Of a stretch of 32,000 nucleotides of DNA, positions 1-9,297 are shown one piece after another. Under the pieces are notes generated by a model. It saw nothing but the letters and a program-made list of their open reading frames with translations. It had not been told where the DNA came from and made no database searches. How positions within the stretch are numbered: position 1 is the stretch's first letter; every line of letters begins with the position of its first letter. The stretch spans positions 30,001 through 62,000 of the forward strand of contig NW_008806275.1 of assembly GCF_000400465.1 (NCBI RefSeq). The letters run 5' to 3'. Made by a program: the position numbers and the translations under genes. The stretch comes from Wallemia ichthyophaga EXF-994. Its lineage: Eukaryota > Fungi > Basidiomycota.

Positions 1-498
1 AGCATTGTGGTCCAGTCGGTCTGTCTAAAGATCAAGTACCAAACAATATGGAGATTGATGCAATACTTGGATCAGCTTCCGCCATCGTTGCAGGATATGA
101 CACTGATAGGTTAGTAAAATCCAAGTTCGGTGAAAACTGGTGTGTCAAAATCAATGATAAATATGTCTATCCTCGTCAATGGGTTAAGCTGGAAGGAAAC
201 GCTGTCGAAAGTACGTGGAGAAGTGTGCTCTTTGCTCTGATCAGTACTCTGATGATCTACCCCGGTATTTCTTTGGTAAGTGGATTGAATGTATTTGGAA
301 AGAGCTCTTACATGTGTGTAGACTCAACTCAGAAAATGCTTCAGCAAAGCGTACGACAGACTTGAGGTTGTTGATGCAATTCAAGCATTGCTGAGGGAAG
401 GACTTGTTCATGGGAGAATGCACAATGCAGAAGGAGCACCAAAGTTACAAAGTTTGGCAGATGAAAGTGAAATGTGCTATTATCAAAGCTTTATATAA
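1..498 (+). CDS. 3' end of a gene entering from the left; probable TFIIIC B-block-binding subunit (Tfc3/Sfc3-like) C-terminal winged-helix region
   Basis: Frame is open from the window start. Removing intron 276-321 (GTAAGT...TAG, 46 nt) gives ...YPRQWVKLEGNAVESTWRSVLFALISTLMIYPGISL|TQLRKCFSKAYDRLEVVDAIQALLREGLV...YQSFI* with TAA at 496-498. The PGI...YDR.EV.D.I..L...G pattern resembles fungal Tfc3/Sfc3 C-termini; this family call is from memory. Confidence 0.55.
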
Positions 499-536
499 TT
501 AATTGTACAACATCAATACATATGTAGTTATCTTTA

Positions 537-1625
537 TCATTCGTCGATTTGATGATAATGTTGTGTTTCAGATTCTTTGTTTGCAATTTGTTTGACCCTT
601 TGATGTTAATTAGCTTTGAAAGAATGGACTTGAGATGTTACCTTTTCGCTAATCTTTGATCTTCCCTCAGATCGATCATTGATATGTTCACGCTACAGCC
701 ACTGTATGGACATATCTTTGCCTGACCAAGAAGATATTCTTTAATTGCATTGAAAGAATAAGAATGCTTGCATTTGTCACTGATTTTTTGGTTAGCTGAA
801 CTTTGCACCATGGAAGGGAAACTGACGAAGTGTACGGGTTTTCAAACAAGCAAAGAGTGATCGGATCATTGAAGTTCTGGCGTATACTTCCAATTTCAAC
901 GTCAGAGTCATCATCATCTTCATCATCACTCTCTGAAATTATGATTAGCACGAGGAGAGCACGAATTGACCCAAACAAACCTTTTGGAATGAGTTTTCGA
1001 ATGCTTGGTACAACCTCTTCCGGCTTAGAAACAGCCTACTCAATGTTAATGAATTGACGCGTTGTGACGCGTTTGTGACGTACCCAAATGGAATTGTAGT
1101 AACTCGAAAACTTATCACTATCGCCGTACTTTTGACGTGATGTTTTGTTATTATAACTATGCATAAGATTGCTCAGTTTCTGTCTGTAAAGAGTCTCTGG
1201 TTTAACCTTTGACATGTTAGCACGTTTTGCTAATAACCACGAGACACTCACAATTTCAGCTTCCTGCTCAATATCATCGATAAAGTCGCTCGCGATGGAT
1301 TGCTTTAGTTGAGTGCGATTTTCCAAGTCAACTAAAGACCTCATGTTGCTATCCGCTGTCCCTTCGAGCTGGCGTCTGTTCAGCTATTTTGCAATCAGAC
1401 ATAGTGACTAACTCTATCCCAGTCGCCATTTGGTTCGTACTGCTTGCAGTACTGTATTTGGGTTACGAGATCGATGACATTGTCGCATGCAGCATCAGTG
1501 GGAAGTCTTTTCCAAAGTGAGTTCAGGCTCTTGATTGAGCTTCTATCATTACGTCCTATATTGGTGTCCTCGTCATAGTCGACGCTCATCGTTGTCAGAA
1601 ACTTCTCTTTAAACTCAACTTCCAT
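537..1625 (-). CDS. NSE2: Nse2/Mms21 SP-RING SUMO E3 ligase of the Smc5/6 complex
   Basis: Splicing introns 1083-1036, one near 980-930, 826-780, 641-598 and one near 1410-1370 gives ...YYNSIW|[10 protein letters not shown]...[82 protein letters not shown]...DE*. This has the acidic tract and C-x-H...CP-x2-GC SP-RING of Mms21. Start is ATG 1625 or ATG 1589. Confidence 0.85.
1055..1082. repeat. Tandem 10-bp repeat TGACGCGTT(G/T) with two ACGCGT (MCB) cores inside an NSE2 intron
   Basis: Sequence tgacgcgttg tgacgcgttt gtgacgta; ACGCGT at 1057-1062 and 1067-1072, within intron 1083-1036. Confidence 0.6.
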
Positions 1626-1634
1626 CACAGGAAG

Positions 1635-2214
1635 ATGTCACTTGCAAATTCATTCTTGAGGTCTTTCGCTTCATTGAATCTACGTACTCAAGTACACGCT
1701 CATCCTTCAGTCCTTACTCGGCGGTCGATCTCATCCACTGCCACCAACTTTGCTACCTTGAACCAAATCATGAGAGGAGCTCGTAAATCATTCCCCAAGG
1801 TTTCAAAAGCACCAGCATTAGAAAAAAACCCTCAAAAGAAAGGAGTCTGTACCAAAGTTTACACTACTAAGCCCAAGAAACCAAATTCAGCTATCCGTAA
1901 AGTAGCACGTGTAAAGCTTTCGAATGGAAGGGTAGTACGTGCGTACATACCTGGTGAAGGACACAATCTGCAGGAGCATAGTGTGGTTTTGTTGCGCGGT
2001 GGCCGTACGCAAGATCTTCCCGGTGTTCGGTAAGCCAAATATAATCTCAATGATAAACTGACACTCTATCAGATACAAGATTATTAGAGGCGCTTTGGAC
2101 TTCAGCGGTGTCGTCGGTCGTGCTAATGCTAGATCCAAGTATGGTTGTACGTATATATGTAACACTAGATATTTCACTAATAGCACAACAGCTAAAAAAC
2201 CAAAAGAAATTTAA
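1635..2214 (+). CDS. MRPS12: Mitochondrial ribosomal protein S12 (uS12m)
   Basis: Contains [30 protein letters not shown] and [14 protein letters not shown]|[13 protein letters not shown]...RSKYGSKKPKEI*. The N-terminus is Arg/Ser-rich and presequence-like. Introns at 2030-2072 and 2147-2191. Confidence 0.97.
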
Positions 2215-2324
2215 TTTCTTAAAACGAATAGATTTAGCAATTTTATTTCTTTGTGTACATTGTGAGAATAGGGGTCAATTGACACTAGACCCTCCATCAG
2301 CAACCATCACAAAGGTAATCCAAA

Positions 2325-3162
2325 ATGAATAAGGAGACGTTGATAGCTAATGCAATATCGTCGAAGATTCACAAATTCAATATTTCGTGGATAGTTTATA
2401 CATGCTACATAGAAGATCTGTTCTTTCGAGGCGTCCTGAATCAAAGACTATTATTGCGAAACTTTGTTGAGACTTTCAGGAAGTTCAGTGCTGAATACGA
2501 CTCTGAATACAAAAGTGGACAACTGTCGCCATTTGTCGTTAATATCGTTCAAAATTTGATGTTCAGAATCAATAAGACTAGTAAAGTCATACAATTAGAA
2601 AGTCTTACCAACTATTCTGGTAGGGAGCCAGTTGCCGCAGGCGTATCCACATCTAATCCTCTCAATGAAACTCAATATACAACTCGAAACATAAAATTCG
2701 AGGCGTGTCATCAGTATTTTACAGATAACATTGCTTATCCGTATCCTTCGGACAAATCAGAAAGAGAATATCTTGCAGCTAAAGATGGTGCTAGCTTGAA
2801 ACAAGTATGTAGGCCGGTGACTCTTTTTTTTACATTCTAAAGAATTGCAGGTAGACCAATGGTTCACAAATCATCGCAAGCGTTCTGGATGGAACCATAT
2901 TTGCAACATCGCCGAGAGCAAAGAGACGGCATCAAAGCTCGTCAAGTTAGTTTTATCAGGCCCCGACCAAACTATGTTGCCAAATTCTGTGACATCGATT
3001 GTTGCTACATATATCCAACGTGGGACGAATAACCCAAGGAATATACCAAGCGAAGGACTTAAGAACGCAATTGATCAATTAAGTAATCGCTACCCATTTT
3101 TGTCAAAGAAGCGTAAAAGGGACGAAGGAAGTTCTAACTACTTGAGTACCTTCTTCCAATAA
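2325..3162 (+). CDS. TALE-class (HD1/Sxi1/bE-like) homeodomain protein, putative mating-type transcription factor, about 263 aa
   Basis: Intron 2805-2850 (GTATGT...CAG, 46 nt) joins FEACHQYFTDNIAYPYPSDKSEREYLAAKDGASLKQ to VDQWFTNHRKRSGW. It has the TALE PYP loop and a WF-x-N-x-R-x-R-SGW helix-3 ending typical of basidiomycete HD1 proteins. KKRKR at 3106-3120 is a likely NLS. Confidence 0.85.
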
Positions 3163-3725
3163 TAGGGAAAAGAACATCAGAATGGTGAATATGTGTAATG
3201 ATCTATGTCTAGCGTAAGGTATTTGTCCCGAGCTTTTGTGTATACGTTTTTAATTTATGTTATTGTTTAGTGAATAAAGGGGAAAGAGATACAACAAAAA
3301 GAAGAAAAAGGAAATTGCGAGAGCAGAGGCGGGTGGGGTGGAGAGGGCTGCGAGGCTGTGGGCGGTTTGTTAGAGCGAAAGCAGGGAGCGAGAGGAGACG
3401 TACGACGGGGTAGCTGATGGAGATGAGATGAGGGAGAGATAAATGCAGTATATTTGATTTTCTATTAGATGTAATGTGATGAAGTCATGTGTTCATGTGT
3501 TATTTGATTTGCTAATTGATTTGATTTGATTTGATGAAATATTTCGTGAGAGCGTATATATTGTGCTGTGATTAGAAGAAGCAGATGAATTAGATGTAGG
3601 AGAAGAAGGAAAGTGATGAATCCATGGTGATCTTGTTTTTGTGTGTTGCGCTCATTGTGCTCGCTGTATTCCTGTGCTCGCAATACTCGCAATGCAACCA
3701 AGAAAAGGGGCCACACATCCACTAC

Positions 3726-6700
3726 CTACTTACTCGACTGCGACGAGTGTTTTCTCTGATGCTGAGGCTTTTCCTTGCCTACCTTTTTCTTGGAGCCCGA
3801 CTTGCCCTTGCTGGTGTCGCTACCGACGCTTGCCGATCTGCGTTTTTCGTGGTTAGCTGGTGTGTTTAGGATGTGTGGCGTTTTCGGTAAGCTTGCGATT
3901 TCGCCAAGGGAAGAAGGTTGCCAAGAGTATTTCTTCCTAGCAGGGAGGAGGGTATGAGAGGGAGAGGGAGAGGGAGAGTGAGTGTGAGCACCGCTACTGC
4001 CACTGCCACTACCACTCGCGACGCTCCCTAGTGCTGGAAAACCATCATCTAGCGCAAACCCACCCAAATTAGGTTTGAAAGGCGGGTCATCTCTATCGAC
4101 GCCACCCGCGTTGCCCATGCTAACTTTGTCGAGGAGTGGGAGAGGGGTTGGGAGGGACGACGAGGCGTTGGGAATGATGCGCGAGTAAGTACGTCCGCCG
4201 CTGATCGCCTTCTCATATTTGTCGTGCCTATACCTATCCATTTCGCCCTCTCTGTTCCACGTGCCTGTGCCACTGCTCCTGCTTGTGCTGGCGACGCGCG
4301 GCGTCTTGGCAAGTACGCGCGGTGTTGATGGCACTGAGCGCGAGCGGGTGGGCAGAGAGCGCGTGTGAGCAGGGGGAGAGGGGGAGTGGGAGTGTGTGGG
4401 GGAGAGTAGGCGCGAGTGTGTTTCTGTTTCTTGCATGCCTTGCGTATCGACCTGCGCTAATCCATCTCCATTCTCATCCCCTTCTCCCTTTCTGCCTTCC
4501 CGTGTCGCTGAATCGCCTTCTACACTCTCACTCTCACTCTTGTGTCGTGCCACGGCCTGTTTCTGAAGGCGCAGCCACCGTCGGGCGGACATACGCGGCG
4601 GGGGTACGCGCACATCAGCTGCGAGGGTGAGAGCAGAAGTGGTGAGAGTCTCAGGTTTAAGCGAGGGGGTCTGACCGAATGTGTACGTGTAGCGAGGATG
4701 CGATGACGAGAGTGAGGAAGTGAGAGGGGTGAAGCCTAACCCAAGACCTAGAGTAGCGCCGTCGTCTTCATCGCCTTCGCCCACCTCAATCCCACTACCT
4801 TCCTTCGGCGCGTGGGCGGGTGCACTGAGCGTCGACGTCGTCGACAGTGGCGGCGAGTTAGTCGGGGTGTTTGCTTCTGACGGCTGCGTAAATGTCGACG
4901 GCGTGATTTTGATTTGCTGGCCGGCGCCGTTGGTGACGAAAGTCGGTATGCGCATCTGGGCGGGGGTAGGAGTGTGTGTGGTTGTATGAGCGTTTGTGTG
5001 GATGTGACTGTGTGTACCACTCCAGCTCCCGCTCCCCCCTTCCATCTGCTTTTGTATGAGCTGGGCTGGCGACGCGTTGACGCTATTCGCGGTCGTTGCT
5101 GCCGCAGCGACCGCCTCAGCGCTGCTCGATGCCCGCGAGTGCAAGGCAGCGTTAGCGAGGCGGGGTGAATGGCGCAAGGGGGCGGGAATGGGAATGGGTG
5201 GGTGAGATTGAGCGTGCGTGAAAGGTTGAGTATGTGAGTGTGGGTGTGGGTGTGTCCAACCCATCTCCAATTCGCCGTGCTCCGCATGCTCGCAAGCATC
5301 GCCAGTTGCACTCCCACTCACGCTCGCATCGGCATATGGCCCTACAACACTTGGGATGGTCGCCTTTAGGTGGTGCTTAGGGGCGTACTTGCGCTCGTGC
5401 ACACGCGCCAACCACGCCGGACCCACGTTAGCACCCGAACTAGCGCGTCGTGGTATACTGCTGCTCATATCCGCCCGCGTACTCTCATCCGACACGAGAT
5501 TCTCCGCTTCCCAGAACGCACTACCCAGAGGCTTCGTGTGCGATTGCGGATGCTGGTACATAAGGTGTTCTTCGTGGGCGTTGCGGACGCGTTCGCTCTG
5601 TGCGGCGTTCAGCGCAAGTGAGAGTGCGTGTGCATGTGACGGGGATGAGGAGTGTCTGCGGGGTTGTGCTTGTGTGTGTATATTTTGGTGGGTGTTTTGC
5701 AGTGTGCTTCCATTTGCTCCAGGTGGTGATGATGAAGATAAGGATAACGCAGACACACCGAATCCCGTCATTCCTGTCATCTGCTCACTTGGTTTGCGCG
5801 TGGGGAGGATAGACGATTGTGTTTGCGTCGGTGAGTAGCCGGTATGCACGCCTTGAACGCTTGGTAAAGTAGTTACACCCGGCGGCGGCTGCAGAGTTGG
5901 TCCTAGCGACGGGTTGATGAGTGGGCGTGGTGTGCGCACACCACTGGTGAAAGGTGCAGGCACGAGAGCGTCGTCGCGCTCCTCGCATAGATCTACCAAC
6001 ACTTGCGACGGCAGAGTGTCCACTTTGCCGACAGTCTGAAGCATTCTCGAAGCGCGCATGAACTCGCCGCGAATAGTGTAAAGGCCTGTGGTGGGAGATC
6101 AGAAGACGCAAGTACCGCTATACTCAACCTCACCGTCAGCAGTCACCGTGCGAGCGACGTTGTACGAGGTATCAAAGGGGTCTTCTATCGAGAGGCGATT
6201 TCTGTCTCGGGCAAACTCGCTGGCGCCATCAACCTCTAAATCCTGGACCCAGCCTTTAGCGTCCTTGGAGAGGATGCCGCCCTGGGTTCTAATGGAGATG
6301 ACGTCGTGGGTATAGTTGAAATCCTTGGCGTAGAAGCGGAAGAACTCCCAAAGCAACTCGCCGACCGACTGGGTGTTGGCAGAAGACCACTCCTGGCGAA
6401 GGAGAGCGACGTCGTCGAAAAAGTAGATGTTCCTACCGTCGTAGCTAGCGGACTCGGGAGAGACGGGTCTGATGGGGGGGATGCGCTGTAAATTGGGGAG
6501 GACGGGAGGCTGCTTGACGTGAGTGAGGAAGAAAATGACAAGGAGAGTGAACCCGTAGCTGGAGAGTGTGCCTCTATACGCGCTATTAATTTTGCGCCTC
6601 TTTGACCAGACTTTAATGAAGAGAACGAGAGTGCGGAGGCGTGGAGGGTCGACAGAAGCGTAGCCGAGGAGAAGGCGGGTGTTCTCCAAGGCCAGCTGGC

Positions 6701-7127
6701 CGCCAAAGCCGATATCACAGGCAATGCCATATGGGAGAGAAGGCGTGGGGGAGAGGGTGAGCTTGATGATGGGGATGCGTGCTTTTGGGAGAGGCTTGAC
6801 AAGGAAGTTGGTCTCGTGCCTGATGAGGTCGCCGACGATAGTAGTTAGCTCGGCAGAGGACAGTGGCTCGCTGGCTGGGTCGAGAATACACTGCAAATCC
6901 ATGTCGGAGTTCCTGAGTGCAAAACCATTGGCCATAGACCCAAAGGCGGTGAGGCGGGCACCAGGGCTGACTCGCACGATAATCCTCTCTAAGAGGAGCC
7001 TTGTTTGTTCTTTTATCGCATACTCTTCTGCCGTGGGGAGGAGTGGGAGGATAAAGCTGAAAAGACAGCCAGTGAGATCCTGCGACAGCGCTGAGCGCAT
7101 GGCACTTGAACCCCAGTTATTTGTCAT
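3726..7127 (-). CDS. CID1: Cid1/TENT-family non-canonical poly(A)/poly(U) polymerase with a roughly 750 aa low-complexity C-terminal tail (about 1117 aa in total)
   Basis: Contains FGSMANGFALRNSDMDL (GS and DxD motifs), GIACDIGFG, LVLFIKVWSKRRKIN, GTLSSYGFTLLVIFFL and IEDPFDTSYNVARTV. Intron 6133-6086 fuses track ORFs 6099..7199 and 3726..6059 (TADG|LYTIRGEFMRASRML). The first ATG is at 7127; the track start at 7199 is TTG. An extra 3' exon cannot be excluded. Confidence 0.9.
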
Positions 7128-7215
7128 TTTTTGGGCGTCGTCGGCGTGTTTTAAGAGATGGAAGAGATGGTCGACGAGGAGATGGACGTGAACAACCAAG
7201 AGTGAAATAGCGTTA

Positions 7216-7941
7216 ATGTCGGCAGAGTGTGGGTGTTGGTGGATCCAGCCGTGTTATTGGCTGATTATTCTATAGCGTTTTTCAGCCAGTCGATGGGATC
7301 GTTTAGGTGGTTGGGGCAGTCGCAGGGACAAGAGCAGTCACAAACAGAGGCACAGCCACAGACACAACCCCCGCAATCGCTCTACGCCACTCTCTCAAGT
7401 TCCATCTCAGACTACATTCCCCTCAACTCGCAGCACAACTCAAACGAGCAAGAAGCGTATTTTGCACTCAACCGCTGGGAGCGCTTCTTGGGCTTTGTTA
7501 TCTGCCTCATTGGCAGCGCTGCCTGCTTTCTCCTCTCCTTTTTCCTCTTTCTCCCTATACTCCCGATACGGCCCCACAAGTTTGCGCTAGCGTTTAGCAT
7601 GGGCAGTGTGTTGGTGATGGCTGCGTGGGTTGCTTTGGTTCTACAAACACTTTCTCTAACTTGCGCTCAGTTTCGCTCTCCTCGTTGGGCCGCTCAACCA
7701 CCTAAAACACCTCCTCAGCAGGGAGCGTATCGTGTTCTCTGTCTCATACCTCTCCTCACTCTCGCTCACCATATATTTTGCACTCATCGCCAAATCCTAT
7801 ATCGGCGTCCTCGTCGCTGGTCTCATCCAACTCGCGGCTCTCCTCACTTATATCTTCCAATACTTCCCGGGCGGTTTGACGACCCTCAAATTCGGCGGAA
7901 GAATGGCTTTCAGGGGTGCAAGCAATATCCTCCCTATCTAA
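7216..7941 (+). CDS. SFT2: Sft2/Got1-family Golgi tetraspan membrane protein
   Basis: MSAES|FFSQSMGSFRW (intron 7229-7275), then LNRWERFLGFVICLIGSAACF, PHKFALAFSMGS, a second intron near 7626-7670, and GPLNHLKHLLSRER...YFPGGLTTLKFG. These are Sft2 family motifs. Confidence 0.9.
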
Positions 7942-8175
7942 TCAGCATTTCTGTATAGTACATGTTACGTGTTTGGCGTTTTGATTGAGTGTCTGGCGTG
8001 ATTTGCGTAGTTTACATGTAAAAGGGGTGATTGGCGCGATATGCGCAAATAGCGCGAAATATAGCATGTTTAGCATTTTTCATCCTTTTTTTTCACTCTC
8101 AACCATCACATCTGCTCCCTCTTAGCCTTGAGTCTATCTGGATCCTGGAATATGTCAGCTAGCACACTCACCACA

Positions 8176-8820
8176 CTATCCACCCACAAATCCCAGCGCA
8201 TAATCCTTCAACTGCTCATCATTACCCCGCTTATACGGATGAAGATCGTTGAATGACGTGCGCGCGTGTACCGATGAATTTCCGTGGCTGGTATCTGCTG
8301 TCGATTGGCTGACGTGGCTATGGCTTGTGTTTGGGGAGAGTGTGCCGATACTGCTGTCTGTATCGTAGTGTTGTTGGTGGTGGTGGTGGTGGTTATCCTG
8401 ATCATCCTGATCCTCCTCTTCCAGCTTCTGCTCGCCAACATCCTCCAACTGCTTATCCATAAACTTATCCTTATCCTTAATCTTGTTTTTATTCTTATCT
8501 CCATTCTTACCCTTCTCTACATCTCTATTCTCACCACGTCTAAATAGTCTGACTAGCCTTTTCCCAGCATCAACAGCGACATCCCCGAGATCGACTACGT
8601 TCTTCTCCTGTGATTGCTCCATCTCCTTCCACTCCTGCGCCGTAAACGTTTTTACGAGGCTACCATCTGAATTTCTGTGTATATTACTAGCATTTCCACT
8701 GTTACCGCCGCCATTAAAAAAGCTAGAGCGCGCTGCAACACCGAGAGTGATAGAATTGCGCCGTGGCATCGACGCCGGCCGCTGTGGAAGTGGGGCGAAC
8801 GACACGCCATCAGCCGACAT
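8176..8820 (-). CDS. Uncharacterised hydrophilic protein (VSFAPLP...RRNSITLGVAARS motif; acidic and His-rich C-terminus)
   Basis: 214-codon open frame with protein-like composition, located between SFT2 and IZH3. A possible upstream exon from an ATG near 9020 could not be spliced unambiguously. Confidence 0.6.
   Translation of the reverse strand: MSADGVSFAPLPQRPASMPRRNSITLGVAARSSFFNGGGNSGNASNIHRNSDGSLVKTFTAQEWKEMEQSQEKNVVDLGDVAVDAGKRLVRLFRRGENRDVEKGKNGDKNKNKIKDKDKFMDKQLEDVGEQKLEEEDQDDQDNHHHHHQQHYDTDSSIGTLSPNTSHSHVSQSTADTSHGNSSVHARTSFNDLHPYKRGNDEQLKDYALGFVGG
8375..8393 (-). repeat. Trinucleotide microsatellite encoding a His run
   Basis: (TGG)n on the plus strand gives HHHHH in ORF 8176..8820. 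Confidence 0.85.
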
Positions 8821-9297
8821 TTTACGCGGGGCTGTGGCTGTAGCTAGGGCATACAGGGTGAGTCATCTGCTTCTACATCGCAGCCAAACACCCTCACTCA
8901 CACTCACCCCCCTCCTTGGAATTTCGCAGTATCGATGGTGTCTTGGGCGCGCCCAGCTCACGCGCTTCTGGTGGCGGTTCTAATTTATTGGCGAATTCAT
9001 CCTGCGCTGACAAATCGCTCATTGATCATGGATGTAGCGGAGTAAGTCGAGTGGAGTGCGCGTTTTATTTCGTGTGTAATCTCGTGCGTGCTTATATCCA
9101 TATCCATCATCTTATTAGTATTTATCTCTCTTCAATTACCTTTCTCCTCATTGGTCACTCCCCCTCGGCCTGCATGTGGGGTCCCGGATCTAACGCGGCT
9201 CACACGGCCATCACTCTAGCACCTCACACAAACTAAAAATTAAAAATCAAATATCTATAAAGTCATTAACTCGTCGCTGCATTCTCTCGCAAGGTTT

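Noticed and set aside
1900-2030. S12 as a bacterial rpsL (contamination or HGT), and GGRTQDL as a streptomycin-resistance allele
   Set aside because: The gene has spliceosomal introns and a mitochondrial presequence. Gln at this position also occurs in nuclear-encoded mitochondrial S12 such as the human protein.
3163-3725. Pheromone precursor (CaaX) ORFs near the HD1 gene
   Set aside because: Short ORFs spot-checked here and in 12067-12753 do not end in CaaX (for example ...LCLA*, ...VKCI*). The check was not exhaustive.
3465-3869. ORFs 3465..3722 (-) and 3624..3869 (+) as small membrane proteins or an extra CID1 exon
   Set aside because: Hydrophobicity comes from AT- and pyrimidine-rich UTR-like sequence. 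I found no convincing branch point and acceptor to join it to CID1.
4049-6802. Many 60-190 aa ORFs overlapping CID1 in other frames or on the other strand
   Set aside because: Shadow ORFs expected in GC-rich, low-complexity coding DNA. No motifs, and most begin at non-ATG codons.
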